Shown: positions 24,984 to 36,237, counted from the first letter of the stretch. The stretch is DNA of 64,000 nt from Escherichia coli (GCF_044324785.1 NZ_CP172127.1), one strand, 5' to 3'. The notes: a model not told the origin generated them from the sequence alone. Program-made: numbers and translations.

Positions 24984-25880
24984 GTGAAACAGGATCTGGC
25001 ACGCATCGAGCAGTTTCTTGATGCTCTGTGGCTGGAAAAAAATCTGGCTGAAAATACGTTGAACGCTTACCGTCGCGATCTGTCAATGATGGTGGAGTGG
25101 TTGCATCACCGCGGGTTGACGCTGGCGACGGTGCAAAGTGACGATTTGCAGGCATTACTGGCAGAAAGGCTGGAGGGCGGGTATAAAGCCACCAGCTCAG
25201 CGCGTTTGCTGAGTGCAGTGCGTCGATTGTTCCAGTATCTTTATCGCGAAAAGTTTCGTGAAGACGATCCCAGTGCGCATCTCGCTTCACCGAAATTGCC
25301 ACAGCGTTTGCCAAAAGATTTAAGCGAAGCGCAGGTCGAACGTTTATTACAGGCACCATTAATTGATCAGCCACTGGAGCTACGCGATAAAGCCATGCTT
25401 GAAGTGTTGTATGCTACAGGGCTGCGTGTCTCTGAACTGGTCGGGCTGACAATGAGTGATATCAGCCTGCGTCAGGGCGTAGTGCGGGTCATTGGTAAAG
25501 GCAACAAAGAGCGCCTGGTACCGTTAGGTGAAGAGGCGGTTTACTGGCTGGAAACGTATCTCGAGCATGGGCGACCGTGGTTGTTGAACGGTGTCTCTAT
25601 TGATGTGTTGTTCCCCAGCCAGCGTGCGCAGCAGATGACGCGACAGACCTTCTGGCACCGCATTAAACATTATGCCGTGCTGGCGGGTATCGACAGCGAA
25701 AAGCTGTCACCGCATGTGTTGCGTCACGCTTTTGCCACTCACTTATTAAATCATGGTGCGGATTTACGCGTGGTGCAGATGCTACTGGGCCACAGCGATC
25801 TCTCCACCACGCAAATTTATACGCATGTCGCTACCGAGCGTCTGCGGCAACTTCATCAACAGCATCACCCGCGGGCGTGA
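24984..25880 (+). CDS. xerD: site-specific tyrosine recombinase XerD, 298 aa
   Basis: GTG start; C-terminal catalytic region HVLRHAFATHLL...LLGHSDLSTTQIYTH. Confidence 0.9.
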   Translation: MKQDLARIEQFLDALWLEKNLAENTLNAYRRDLSMMVEWLHHRGLTLATVQSDDLQALLAERLEGGYKATSSARLLSAVRRLFQYLYREKFREDDPSAHLASPKLPQRLPKDLSEAQVERLLQAPLIDQPLELRDKAMLEVLYATGLRVSELVGLTMSDISLRQGVVRVIGKGNKERLVPLGEEAVYWLETYLEHGRPWLLNGVSIDVLFPSQRAQQMTRQTFWHRIKHYAVLAGIDSEKLSPHVLRHAFATHLLNHGADLRVVQMLLGHSDLSTTQIYTHVATERLRQLHQQHHPRA

Positions 25881-25904
25881 TGTCTGAAAAGAACGGGAAG
25901 ATTT

Positions 25905-26615
25905 ATGAAGAAAGGTTTTATGTTGTTTACTTTGTTGGCGGCGTTTTCAGGCTTTGCTCAGGCTGATGACGCGGCAATTCAACAAACGTTAGCCAAAATG
26001 GGCATCAAAAGCAGCGATATTCAGCCTGCGCCCGTAGCGGGCATGAAGACAGTTCTGACTAACAGCGGTGTGTTGTACATCACCGATGATGGTAAACATA
26101 TCATTCAGGGGCCAATGTATGACGTTAGCGGCACGGCTCCGGTCAATGTCACCAATAAGATGCTGTTAAAGCAGTTGAATGCGCTTGAAAAAGAGATGAT
26201 CGTTTATAAAGCGCCTCAGGAAAAACACGTCATCACCGTGTTTACTGATATTACCTGTGGTTACTGCCACAAACTGCATGAGCAAATGGCAGACTACAAC
26301 GCGCTGGGGATCACCGTGCGTTATCTTGCTTTCCCGCGCCAGGGGCTGGACAGCGATGCAGAGAAAGAAATGAAAGCTATCTGGTGTGCGAAAGATAAAA
26401 ACAAAGCGTTTGATGATGTGATGGCCGGTAAAAGCGTCGCACCAGCCAGTTGCGACGTGGATATTGCCGACCATTACGCACTTGGCGTCCAGCTTGGCGT
26501 TAGCGGTACTCCGGCAGTTGTGCTGAGCAATGGCACACTTGTTCCGGGTTACCAGCCGCCGAAAGACATGAAGGAATTCCTCGACGAACACCAAAAAATG
26601 ACCAGCGGTAAATAA
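25905..26615 (+). CDS. dsbC: periplasmic disulfide isomerase DsbC, 236 aa
   Basis: Signal peptide MKKGFMLFTLLAAFSGFAQA; active site CGYC. Confidence 0.9.
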   Translation: MKKGFMLFTLLAAFSGFAQADDAAIQQTLAKMGIKSSDIQPAPVAGMKTVLTNSGVLYITDDGKHIIQGPMYDVSGTAPVNVTNKMLLKQLNALEKEMIVYKAPQEKHVITVFTDITCGYCHKLHEQMADYNALGITVRYLAFPRQGLDSDAEKEMKAIWCAKDKNKAFDDVMAGKSVAPASCDVDIADHYALGVQLGVSGTPAVVLSNGTLVPGYQPPKDMKEFLDEHQKMTSGK

Positions 26616-26620
26616 TTCGC

Positions 26621-28354
26621 GTGAAACAACAGATACAACTTCGTCGCCGTGAAGTCGATGAAACGGCAGACTTGCCCGCGGAATTGCCTCCCTTGCTGCG
26701 CCGTTTATACGCCAGCCGGGGAGTACGCAGTGCGCAGGAACTGGAACGCAGTGTTAAAGGGATGCTGCCCTGGCAGCAACTGAGCGGCGTCGAAAAGGCC
26801 GTTGAGATCCTTTACAACGCCTTTCGCGAAGGAACGCGGATTATTGTGGTCGGTGATTTCGACGCCGACGGTGCCACCAGCACGGCTCTAAGCGTGCTGG
26901 CGATGCGCTCGCTTGGTTGCAGCAATATCGACTACCTGGTTCCAAACCGTTTCGAAGACGGTTACGGCTTAAGCCCGGAAGTGGTCGATCAGGCCCATGC
27001 CCGTGGCGCGCAGTTAATTGTCACGGTGGATAACGGTATTTCCTCCCATGCGGGGGTTGAACACGCTCGCTCGTTGGGCATCCCGGTTATTGTTACCGAT
27101 CACCATTTGCCGGGCGACACATTACCCGCAGCGGAAGCGATCATTAACCCTAACTTGCGCGACTGTAATTTCCCGTCGAAATCACTGGCAGGCGTGGGTG
27201 TGGCGTTTTATCTGATGCTGGCGCTGCGCACCTTTTTGCGCGATCAGGGCTGGTTTGATGAGCGCGGCATCGCAATTCCTAACCTGGCAGAACTGCTGGA
27301 TCTGGTCGCGCTGGGGACAGTGGCGGACGTCGTGCCGCTGGACGCCAATAACCGCATCCTCACCTGGCAGGGGATGAGTCGCATCCGTGCCGGTAAGTGC
27401 CGTCCGGGGATTAAAGCGCTGCTGGAAGTGGCAAATCGCGATGCGCAAAAACTCGCCGCCAGCGATTTAGGTTTTGCGCTGGGGCCACGTCTTAATGCCG
27501 CCGGACGACTGGATGATATGTCCGTTGGTGTGGCGCTGTTGCTGTGCGACAACATCGGCGAAGCGCGCGTGCTGGCAAATGAACTCGATGCGCTAAACCA
27601 GACGCGAAAAGAGATCGAACAAGGAATGCAGGTTGAAGCCCTGACCCTGTGCGAGAAACTGGAGCGCAGCCGTGACACGCTACCCGGTGGGCTGGCAATG
27701 TATCACCCCGAATGGCATCAGGGCGTGGTCGGCATTCTGGCTTCGCGCATTAAAGAGCGTTTTCACCGCCCGGTTATCGCTTTTGCGCCAGCGGGCGACG
27801 GTACGTTAAAAGGTTCTGGTCGCTCGATTCAGGGGCTACACATGCGCGATGCGCTGGAGCGGTTAGACACGCTCTACCCTGGCATGATGCTCAAGTTTGG
27901 CGGTCATGCGATGGCGGCTGGTTTGTCGCTGGAAGAGGATAAATTCGAACTCTTTCAACAACGGTTTGGCGAACTGGTTACTGAGTGGCTGGACCCTTCG
28001 CTATTGCAAGGCGAAGTGGTGTCAGACGGCCCGTTAAGCCCGGCCGAAATGACCATGGAAGTGGCGCAGCTGCTGCGCGATGCTGGCCCGTGGGGGCAGA
28101 TGTTCCCGGAGCCGCTGTTTGACGGTCATTTCCGTCTGCTGCAACAGCGGCTGGTGGGCGAGCGTCATTTGAAGGTGATGGTCGAACCGGTCGGCGGCGG
28201 TCCACTGCTGGATGGTATTGCTTTTAATGTCGATACCGCCCTCTGGCCGGATAACGGCGTGCGCGAAGTGCAACTGGCTTACAAGCTCGATATCAACGAG
28301 TTTCGCGGCAACCGCAGCCTGCAAATTATCATCGACAATATCTGGCCAATTTAG
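26621..28354 (+). CDS. recJ: single-strand DNA-specific 5-prime-3-prime exonuclease RecJ, 577 aa
   Basis: GTG start; DHH motifs (VVGDFDADGATS, TDHH). Confidence 0.9.
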   Translation: MKQQIQLRRREVDETADLPAELPPLLRRLYASRGVRSAQELERSVKGMLPWQQLSGVEKAVEILYNAFREGTRIIVVGDFDADGATSTALSVLAMRSLGCSNIDYLVPNRFEDGYGLSPEVVDQAHARGAQLIVTVDNGISSHAGVEHARSLGIPVIVTDHHLPGDTLPAAEAIINPNLRDCNFPSKSLAGVGVAFYLMLALRTFLRDQGWFDERGIAIPNLAELLDLVALGTVADVVPLDANNRILTWQGMSRIRAGKCRPGIKALLEVANRDAQKLAASDLGFALGPRLNAAGRLDDMSVGVALLLCDNIGEARVLANELDALNQTRKEIEQGMQVEALTLCEKLERSRDTLPGGLAMYHPEWHQGVVGILASRIKERFHRPVIAFAPAGDGTLKGSGRSIQGLHMRDALERLDTLYPGMMLKFGGHAMAAGLSLEEDKFELFQQRFGELVTEWLDPSLLQGEVVSDGPLSPAEMTMEVAQLLRDAGPWGQMFPEPLFDGHFRLLQQRLVGERHLKVMVEPVGGGPLLDGIAFNVDTALWPDNGVREVQLAYKLDINEFRGNRSLQIIIDNIWPI

Positions 28355-28444
28355 CGTCATCTTCTCTATAAAAAAGAGCGTGGATTGGGTACAATCCCGC
28401 TCTTATCACCGCATTTTGACTAGCTCAATAAAAGAAATCAGACC

Positions 28445-29543
28445 ATGTTTGAAATTAATCCGGTAAATAATCGCATTCAGGACCTCACGGAACGCTCCGA
28501 CGTTCTTAGGGGGTATCTTTGACTATGACGCCAAGAAAGAGCGTCTGGAAGAAGTAAACGCCGAGCTGGAACAGCCGGATGTCTGGAACGAACCCGAACG
28601 CGCACAGGCGCTGGGTAAAGAGCGTTCCTCCCTCGAAGCCGTTGTCGATACCCTCGACCAAATGAAACAGGGGCTGGAAGATGTTTCTGGTCTGCTGGAA
28701 CTGGCTGTAGAAGCTGACGACGAAGAAACCTTTAACGAAGCCGTTGCTGAACTCGACGCTCTGGAAGAAAAACTGGCGCAGCTTGAGTTCCGCCGTATGT
28801 TCTCTGGCGAATATGACAGCGCCGACTGCTACCTCGATATTCAGGCAGGCTCTGGCGGTACGGAAGCACAGGACTGGGCGAGCATGCTTGAGCGTATGTA
28901 TCTGCGCTGGGCAGAATCGCGTGGTTTCAAAACTGAAATCATCGAAGAGTCGGAAGGTGAAGTGGCGGGTATTAAATCCGTGACGATCAAAATCTCCGGC
29001 GATTACGCTTACGGCTGGCTGCGTACAGAAACTGGCGTTCACCGCCTGGTGCGTAAGAGCCCGTTTGACTCCGGCGGTCGTCGCCACACGTCGTTCAGCT
29101 CTGCGTTTGTTTACCCGGAAGTTGATGATGATATTGATATCGAAATCAACCCGGCGGATCTGCGCATTGACGTTTATCGCGCGTCCGGCGCGGGCGGTCA
29201 GCACGTTAACCGTACCGAATCTGCGGTGCGTATTACTCACATCCCAACTGGGATCGTGACCCAGTGCCAGAACGACCGTTCCCAGCACAAGAACAAAGAC
29301 CAGGCCATGAAGCAGATGAAAGCGAAGCTTTATGAACTGGAGATGCAGAAGAAAAATGCCGAGAAGCAGGCGATGGAAGATAACAAATCCGACATCGGCT
29401 GGGGCAGCCAGATTCGTTCTTATGTCCTTGATGACTCCCGCATTAAAGATCTGCGCACCGGGGTAGAAACCCGCAACACGCAGGCCGTGCTGGACGGCAG
29501 CCTGGATCAATTTATCGAAGCAAGTTTGAAAGCAGGGTTATGA
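28445..29543 (+). CDS. prfB: peptide chain release factor 2, 365 aa, made by programmed +1 frameshift at codon 25/26 (CTT TGA C at 28517-28523)
   Basis: Frame 0 ATG 28445 [25 protein letters not shown] then in-frame TGA; +1 frame continues [18 protein letters not shown]... to 29543; SPF and GGQ motifs present. Confidence 0.9.
28508..28523 (+). promoter_or_regulatory. prfB autoregulatory frameshift site: internal Shine-Dalgarno AGGGGG then CTT TGA C
   Basis: Read directly: agggggtatctttgac. Confidence 0.9.
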
Positions 29544-29552
29544 GGAACCAAC

Positions 29553-31070
29553 ATGTCTGAACAACACGCACAGGGCGCTGACGCGGTAGTCGATCTTAAC
29601 AATGAACTGAAAACGCGTCGTGAGAAGCTGGCGAACCTGCGCGAGCAGGGGATTGCCTTCCCGAACGATTTCCGTCGCGATCATACCTCTGACCAATTGC
29701 ACGCAGAATTCGACGGTAAAGAGAACGAAGAACTGGAAGCGCTGAACATCGAAGTTGCCGTTGCTGGCCGCATGATGACCCGTCGTATTATGGGTAAAGC
29801 GTCTTTCGTTACCCTGCAGGATGTGGGTGGCCGCATTCAGCTGTACGTTGCCCGTGACGATCTGCCGGAAGGCGTTTACAACGAGCAGTTCAAAAAATGG
29901 GACCTCGGCGATATCCTCGGCGCGAAAGGTAAACTGTTCAAAACCAAAACTGGCGAACTGTCTATCCACTGCACCGAGCTGCGTCTGCTGACCAAAGCAC
30001 TGCGTCCGCTGCCGGATAAATTCCACGGCTTGCAGGATCAGGAAGCGCGCTATCGTCAGCGTTATCTGGATCTCATCTCTAACGATGAATCCCGCAACAC
30101 CTTTAAAGTGCGCTCGCAGATCCTCTCTGGTATTCGCCAGTTCATGGTGAACCGCGGCTTTATGGAAGTTGAAACGCCGATGATGCAGGTGATCCCTGGC
30201 GGTGCCGCTGCGCGTCCGTTCATCACCCACCATAATGCGCTGGATCTCGACATGTACCTGCGTATCGCGCCGGAACTGTACCTCAAGCGTCTGGTGGTCG
30301 GTGGCTTCGAGCGTGTATTCGAAATCAACCGTAACTTCCGTAACGAAGGTATTTCCGTACGTCATAACCCAGAGTTCACCATGATGGAACTCTATATGGC
30401 TTACGCAGATTACAAAGATCTGATCGAGCTGACCGAATCGCTGTTCCGTACTCTGGCACAGGATATTCTCGGTAAGACGGAAGTGACCTACGGCGACGTA
30501 ACGCTGGACTTCGGTAAGCCGTTCGAAAAACTGACCATGCGTGAAGCGATCAAGAAATATCGCCCGGAAACCGACATGGCGGATCTGGACAACTTCGACT
30601 CTGCGAAAGCGATTGCTGAATCTATCGGTATCCACGTTGAGAAGAGCTGGGGTCTGGGCCGTATCGTTACCGAGATCTTCGAAGAAGTGGCAGAAGCACA
30701 TCTGATTCAGCCGACCTTCATTACTGAATATCCGGCAGAAGTTTCTCCGCTGGCGCGTCGTAACGACGTTAACCCGGAAATCACTGACCGCTTTGAGTTC
30801 TTTATCGGTGGTCGTGAAATCGGTAACGGCTTTAGCGAGCTGAATGACGCGGAAGATCAGGCGCAGCGCTTCCTGGATCAGGTTGCCGCGAAAGACGCAG
30901 GTGACGACGAAGCGATGTTCTACGATGAAGATTATGTCACCGCACTGGAACACGGCTTACCGCCGACAGCAGGTCTGGGAATTGGTATCGACCGTATGGT
31001 AATGCTGTTCACCAACAGCCATACCATCCGCGACGTTATTCTGTTCCCGGCGATGCGTCCGGTGAAATAA
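29553..31070 (+). CDS. lysS: lysyl-tRNA synthetase (constitutive), 505 aa
   Basis: Full [36 protein letters not shown]; class II aaRS. Confidence 0.95.
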
Positions 31071-31090
31071 GCATTACGTTATGCTCACAA

Positions 31091-31116
31091 CCCCGGCAAA
31101 TGTCGGGGTTTTTTAT
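31091..31116. terminator. bidirectional terminator between convergent lysS and idi
   Basis: CCCCGGCAAATGTCGGGG hairpin followed by TTTTTTATTT. Confidence 0.75.
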
Positions 31117-31661
31117 TTAAGCTGGGCAAATGCAGATAATCGTTTTCTGGCTTCGCGATTTGTCGCCTGCATCACCATCCACGGACTGAACGCCCACGGT
31201 GTGGCATCAATACCGTGTAATACATCTGCTAAATCACACCATTGATAATCCATCACTTCATCATCGTTGATCTGTAACGCACTGGTCGTGCGTGCGGCAA
31301 ATACCGGACACACTTCATTTTCCACAATGCCATTCGGATCGGTGGCGCGGTAGCGAAAGTCAGGATAGACCAGTTCTGGTGCTGTTATTTCCACACCAAG
31401 CTCATAACGGCAACGGCGGATCACCGCGTCTTTGTTGCTTTCTCCCAGTTGTGGGTGCCCACAAACCGAGTTAGTCCACACGCCCGGCCACGCTTTTTTG
31501 CTAAGGGCGCGGCGGGTAACTAATAATTGCCCTTTGGCATTAAACAGCCAACTGGAGAACGCGAGATGTAAGAGAGTGTCTGCCGTGTGTGCGGCATACT
31601 TTTCCAACGTACCCGTGGGAACTCCCTGTGCATTCAATAAAATGACGTGTTCCGTTTGCAT
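31113..31661 (-). CDS. idi: isopentenyl-diphosphate delta-isomerase (Nudix), 182 aa
   Basis: Full [44 protein letters not shown]. Confidence 0.9.
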   Translation of the reverse strand: MQTEHVILLNAQGVPTGTLEKYAAHTADTLLHLAFSSWLFNAKGQLLVTRRALSKKAWPGVWTNSVCGHPQLGESNKDAVIRRCRYELGVEITAPELVYPDFRYRATDPNGIVENEVCPVFAARTTSALQINDDEVMDYQWCDLADVLHGIDATPWAFSPWMVMQATNREARKRLSAFAQLK

Positions 31662-31910
31662 AATTTCTCACATGTAATTCTAATCACTCATCATTATAGA
31701 TAATTGAAGAGTGAAATGATTAACCAAGTGAGCGTTTATCGACAACCGCCCGTTTTGAGCGGATGTCGACAGGTAAAAACCATTTAAAAAAGCAGCATCA
31801 TATATTTGAAGCGACTTTCAATGGCCATTGCAACACAGTCAGAAATGACAGGAATAGAGAGAGTAAAAAGCAACAACAGACTGAATATAGCGCGCATTAA
31901 AAGATTCATA

Positions 31911-33359
31911 TTATTCTCCATGCTCATTTTTCTTCAGCTTGCGCATCAGAAGCCACATACGTACTGTCCTGACTTTTAAATCTTTATCAGAGACGGATTC
32001 CTTCACCAGATCAGCATGATGCTGATAGCCATTAAAGAAGACGTTCAGCACAACGGCGCTAAGGGTTGCGAGCATAATGCCGCTATGCAGCAACGGTTGC
32101 AGTACGGCCGGTAACTTAGAAAAGAAATCGTGAGAGAGCGTCGGAGTCATGCCAACGCCGAGACTGATCGCTACAATATAGAGGTTGTAACGGTTAGTGG
32201 TGTAGTTACAGCGCGACAGAATTCGAATCCCTGTCGCCAGTACCATGCCGAACATCACCAGCCCAGCGCCGCCCAGCACAAATTGCGGAATGGAGGCGAC
32301 CAGCACCGCCATTTTTGGCACCATGCCAAACAGGATTAATATAATTCCCGAAGAAATACACACCCAGCGGCTATGAACGCGCGTCACGCTAACCAGGCCA
32401 ACGTTTTGTGAAAATGACGTGTGGGGGAAGCTGTTAAACGTTCCGCCTATCATTGTTCCTACGCCATCGACACGCAGCCCGCGAATAATATCGTGTGAAG
32501 AGAGTTTACGACCGACTATTTCACCCAGTGCCAGGAACATCCCCATCGACTCGATAAACACGATGATTAACACGGCAGTCATGGTCAGAATGGAAACGGG
32601 ATCGAAAATCGGCATACCAAATGACATCGGCGTGACAATCGCAAACCATGAAGCATCATGTAGCCCGGATAAATTGACTTCATTCATCATCCACGAAAGT
32701 AAAAAGCCAAATACAATCCCCAGTAATACGGCGACGTTGGACATAAATCCTTTCGCATAGCGAGTAATGAGCAAGATAAAAATTAAGACGGCAAAGGAGA
32801 TCCCCAAATAAACGGGATTACCATATTGCGGATTCCCTTTACCTCCGGCGGCCCAGTCAATACCCACCTGAATGATGCTAAGTCCGATAGAAGTAATAAC
32901 CACACCGGTAACCAGTGGCGGGAATAAAGGCATCAAGCGACCGATAAGTGGCGCTAATAATGTGGTGATAAAACCCGCGGCGATAGTGGCACCAAATATC
33001 CCCAGCAGGCCGATATCCGGGTTCATCCCAATGGCTATCATTGGTGTTACAGCGGCGAAGGTCACCGACATAATCACCGGCAGGCGGATCCCCATAAAGC
33101 GGCCGATACCGATACATTGCAATAATGTGACGATTCCGCAGCAAAAGAGATCCGAGCTAATGAGCATCGCAATAGCTTCTTTTGAGAGGCCCAGTCGGTC
33201 ACCAATCATAAGAGGAACAGCGACTGCACCTGCGTACATGACAAGGACGTGTTGCAGACCGAGTATGATCAGCTTTCCTGGTGATAATATGCGGTCAACC
33301 TCATCAGTTGGGCGGTCTTGCCCTGAAGATGAGGAAAGTTGGGAATCTATGGCGCTCAT
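31911..33359 (-). CDS. uacT: NCS2-family uric acid permease, 482 aa
   Basis: ORF 31911..33488 trimmed to ATG with AGGAGA RBS (MSAIDSQLSSSSGQDRPTDE); ~12 hydrophobic segments. Confidence 0.85.
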   Translation of the reverse strand: MSAIDSQLSSSSGQDRPTDEVDRILSPGKLIILGLQHVLVMYAGAVAVPLMIGDRLGLSKEAIAMLISSDLFCCGIVTLLQCIGIGRFMGIRLPVIMSVTFAAVTPMIAIGMNPDIGLLGIFGATIAAGFITTLLAPLIGRLMPLFPPLVTGVVITSIGLSIIQVGIDWAAGGKGNPQYGNPVYLGISFAVLIFILLITRYAKGFMSNVAVLLGIVFGFLLSWMMNEVNLSGLHDASWFAIVTPMSFGMPIFDPVSILTMTAVLIIVFIESMGMFLALGEIVGRKLSSHDIIRGLRVDGVGTMIGGTFNSFPHTSFSQNVGLVSVTRVHSRWVCISSGIILILFGMVPKMAVLVASIPQFVLGGAGLVMFGMVLATGIRILSRCNYTTNRYNLYIVAISLGVGMTPTLSHDFFSKLPAVLQPLLHSGIMLATLSAVVLNVFFNGYQHHADLVKESVSDKDLKVRTVRMWLLMRKLKKNEHGE

Positions 33360-33428
33360 CAGTGTTTCTCCTTTCGCCCGCCAGAGTAAAAAGCAACCGT
33401 TTACGTTAATGAAACTGTCTAAACACAT

Positions 33429-33443
33429 GCTCGTGGAGTGCCA
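33429..33443 (-). promoter_or_regulatory. candidate sigma54 promoter upstream of uacT (TGGCAC-N5-GAGCA)
   Basis: Minus-strand CTGGCACTCCACGAGCA read by eye; GG and GC at correct 10-bp spacing; ~70 nt upstream of uacT ATG. Confidence 0.35.
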
Positions 33444-33794
33444 GTTTTTGCGAGGAAGGGGAGTTAGAGACAGGAATTGCGGAGGCAATCACATAATCGT
33501 GGTTAAACCACGAAAATGAGAAGAGAACCTGACAATGGAATTATCTGTAATTTTCTCATATTGATATTTCATTAATCATTCTGGCATGTCGCACTCTCGC
33601 TTTTAATCGTTTTTATCTGGATAGCGCTCTTTTGGTCGGCAATGTTGAAATAATGAAAGCGGCACAGATTGAGGGGCAATAATTTGAACTCAGTCGCAAA
33701 ATTATAATTAAAACGGTCATGCTACCTAATATATGCCCGTTTATTGCATCGCGAAATTTGAGAAGACATAACTCATTAAATGAAAGGGATGCAA

Positions 33795-35714
33795 ATGAAT
33801 AAGTTTATCGCTGCTGAAGCTGCGGAATGTATAGGCTGTCATGCTTGTGAAATTGCCTGTGCGGTGGCACATAATCAAGAAAACTGGCCGCTGAGTCACA
33901 GTGACTTTCGACCGCGTATCCACGTTGTAGGGAAAGGCCAGGCTGCGAATCCGGTGGCCTGCCATCACTGCAACAATGCTCCTTGCGTTACGGCTTGTCC
34001 GGTTAATGCTCTGACTTTCCAGCCCGATAGCGTACAACTGGACGAGCAAAAATGTATTGGTTGTAAAAGATGCGCAATCGCTTGCCCCTTTGGCGTCGTT
34101 GAGATGGTCGATACGATTGCGCAGAAATGCGACCTTTGTAACCAGCGCAGTTCCGGCACGCAAGCCTGTATTGAAGTCTGCCCAACACAGGCGTTACGGC
34201 TGATGGACGATAAAGGGTTGCAGCAGATAAAGGTGGCCCGCCAGCGCAAAACGGCAGCAGGAAAAGCGTCATCAGACGCTCAGCCATCTCGCAGTGCAGC
34301 GTTGCTCCCCGTTAACTCGCGTAAAGGCGCAGATAAAATTTCAGCGAGTGAACGGAAAACCCACTTTGGCGAAATTTATTGCGGGCTGGATCCACAACAA
34401 GCGACTTTTGAGAGTGACCGCTGTGTTTATTGCGCCGAAAAAGCTAACTGCAACTGGCATTGCCCGCTGCATAACGCTATTCCGGATTACATCCGTCTGG
34501 TGCAGGAAGGAAAGATTATTGAAGCGGCAGAACTTTGCCACCAGACCAGTTCCTTGCCAGAAATCTGCGGCAGAGTTTGCCCACAGGACCGTCTTTGTGA
34601 AGGCGCATGTACTTTGAAAGATCACTCTGGCGCAGTCTCTATCGGGAATCTGGAACGCTACATCACCGATACCGCGCTGGCGATGGGCTGGCGTCCCGAT
34701 GTCAGCAAAGTTGTTCCCCGTAGCGAAAAAGTGGCGGTGATTGGCGCAGGGCCTGCAGGGTTAGGGTGTGCTGATATTCTGGCGCGCGCAGGAGTTCAGG
34801 TTGATGTCTTTGATCGCCATCCAGAAATTGGCGGTATGCTGACTTTTGGCATACCTCCTTTCAAACTCGATAAAACGGTATTAAGCCAGCGGCGAGAGAT
34901 ATTCACCGCAATGGGAATCGACTTTCATCTTAACTGTGAAATTGGCCGCGATATTACCTTTAGCGATTTAACTTCTGAATATGATGCAGTTTTCATCGGC
35001 GTGGGGACTTACGGGATGATGCGAGCAGATCTGCCGCATGAAGATGCGCCCGGTGTCATTCAGGCTCTACCGTTCCTGACTGCCCATACCCGCCAGCTCA
35101 TGGGGTTGCCGGAGTCTGAAGAGTATCCGCTGACGGATGTGGAAGGTAAGCGAGTCGTGGTATTGGGCGGTGGCGATACGACCATGGATTGTTTGCGGAC
35201 TTCCATCCGCCTCAATGCCGCCAGCGTGACCTGCGCGTATCGTCGTGATGAAGTCAGTATGCCGGGCTCGCGCAAAGAGGTGGTCAATGCGCGCGAGGAA
35301 GGTGTTGAGTTTCAGTTCAATGTTCAGCCGCAATATATCGCTTGTGACGAAGATGGGCGTTTAACTGCGGTGGGCCTGATTCGTACAGCCATGGGTGAGC
35401 CGGGGCCGGATGGTCGCCGTCGTCCTCGTCCGGTAGCGGGTTCAGAATTTGAATTGCCCGCCGATGTTCTGATTATGGCCTTTGGTTTCCAGGCGCATGC
35501 CATGCCGTGGTTGCAGGGCAGCGGAATTAAACTCGATAAATGGGGCCTGATTCAAACCGGTGACGTTGGGTATTTACCTACCCAGACGCATCTGAAAAAA
35601 GTCTTTGCTGGTGGTGATGCAGTTCATGGCGCGGATCTGGTTGTCACTGCAATGGCCGCAGGAAGGCAGGCGGCGCGCGATATGTTAACTCTGTTTGATA
35701 CGAAGGCATCGTGA
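33795..35714 (+). CDS. ygfT: AegA-like oxidoreductase: N-terminal 4x[4Fe-4S] ferredoxin domain fused to GltD-like FAD/NAD(P) domain, 639 aa
   Basis: Four CxxCxxCxxxCP motifs; dinucleotide fingerprint [21 protein letters not shown]; start at third ATG of ORF 33780..35714. Confidence 0.85.
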   Translation: MNKFIAAEAAECIGCHACEIACAVAHNQENWPLSHSDFRPRIHVVGKGQAANPVACHHCNNAPCVTACPVNALTFQPDSVQLDEQKCIGCKRCAIACPFGVVEMVDTIAQKCDLCNQRSSGTQACIEVCPTQALRLMDDKGLQQIKVARQRKTAAGKASSDAQPSRSAALLPVNSRKGADKISASERKTHFGEIYCGLDPQQATFESDRCVYCAEKANCNWHCPLHNAIPDYIRLVQEGKIIEAAELCHQTSSLPEICGRVCPQDRLCEGACTLKDHSGAVSIGNLERYITDTALAMGWRPDVSKVVPRSEKVAVIGAGPAGLGCADILARAGVQVDVFDRHPEIGGMLTFGIPPFKLDKTVLSQRREIFTAMGIDFHLNCEIGRDITFSDLTSEYDAVFIGVGTYGMMRADLPHEDAPGVIQALPFLTAHTRQLMGLPESEEYPLTDVEGKRVVVLGGGDTTMDCLRTSIRLNAASVTCAYRRDEVSMPGSRKEVVNAREEGVEFQFNVQPQYIACDEDGRLTAVGLIRTAMGEPGPDGRRRPRPVAGSEFELPADVLIMAFGFQAHAMPWLQGSGIKLDKWGLIQTGDVGYLPTQTHLKKVFAGGDAVHGADLVVTAMAAGRQAARDMLTLFDTKAS

Positions 35715-36202
35715 TGAAATCGTTAATTATCGTTAATCCGGCTGACTGTATTGGCTGCCGTACTTGTGAAGTGGCCTGTGTGGTCGCTCACCCTTCAGAA
35801 CAGGAGTTGAATGCCGATGTCTTTTTACCCCGGCTGAAGGTACAGCGACTGGACTGCATCAGTGCGCCGGTGATGTGCCATCAGTGTGAAAACGCCCCTT
35901 GTGTTGGCGCTTGCCCCGTGGGAGCGCTGACGATGGGCGAGCAGGTGGTGCAGGCCAATTCTGCCCGTTGTATTGGCTGTCAGAGTTGCGTCAGTGCGTG
36001 CCCGTTTGGGATGATAACCATTCAGTCGTTGCCGGGGGATACCCGGCAACAAATTGTGAAATGCGATCTCTGTGAACAGCGGGAAGAGGGGCCTGCCTGC
36101 GTTGAATCTTGCCCGACACAGGCGCTGCAGTTGCTTACTGAAAGAGAACTCAGGCGAGTCCGCCAGCAGCGTATTGTTGCCAGCGGTGAGAATCCTCTCT
36201 GA
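35714..36202 (+). CDS. ygfS: 4x[4Fe-4S] ferredoxin-type electron-transfer protein, 162 aa
   Basis: Four Cys clusters ([55 protein letters not shown]); start overlaps ygfT stop. Confidence 0.85.
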   Translation: MKSLIIVNPADCIGCRTCEVACVVAHPSEQELNADVFLPRLKVQRLDCISAPVMCHQCENAPCVGACPVGALTMGEQVVQANSARCIGCQSCVSACPFGMITIQSLPGDTRQQIVKCDLCEQREEGPACVESCPTQALQLLTERELRRVRQQRIVASGENPL

Positions 36203-36208
36203 AAGAAA

Positions 36209-36232
36209 TCTCCGCGCTGAAAGGCGCGGAGA
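36209..36232. terminator. bidirectional terminator between convergent ygfS and ghxQ
   Basis: Perfect 9-bp stem TCTCCGCGC-tgaaag-GCGCGGAGA; U-run on minus side. Confidence 0.65.
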
Positions 36233-36237
36233 ATCTA

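Noticed and set aside
24984-25880. Tyrosine recombinase that could be mistaken for a phage or integron integrase
   Set aside because: It is XerD in its conserved xerD-dsbC-recJ context; no att sites, no phage genes, no tRNA nearby
28506-30953. Two long minus-strand ORFs (334 aa and 471 aa) antisense to prfB and lysS
   Set aside because: Opposite strand of two essential, fully recognisable genes; no start-site support
33473-33486. + strand GG-N10-GC match (AGGAATTGCGGAGGCA) upstream of ygfT
   Set aside because: Only the GG and GC dinucleotides match; the flanking bases do not fit TGGCAC/TTGCA
33550-33720. FNR-like (TTGAT-N4-ATCAA) sites searched for in the uacT/ygfT, ygfK and ygeW control regions
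   Set aside because: Only isolated TTGAT half-sites were found, with no properly spaced partner
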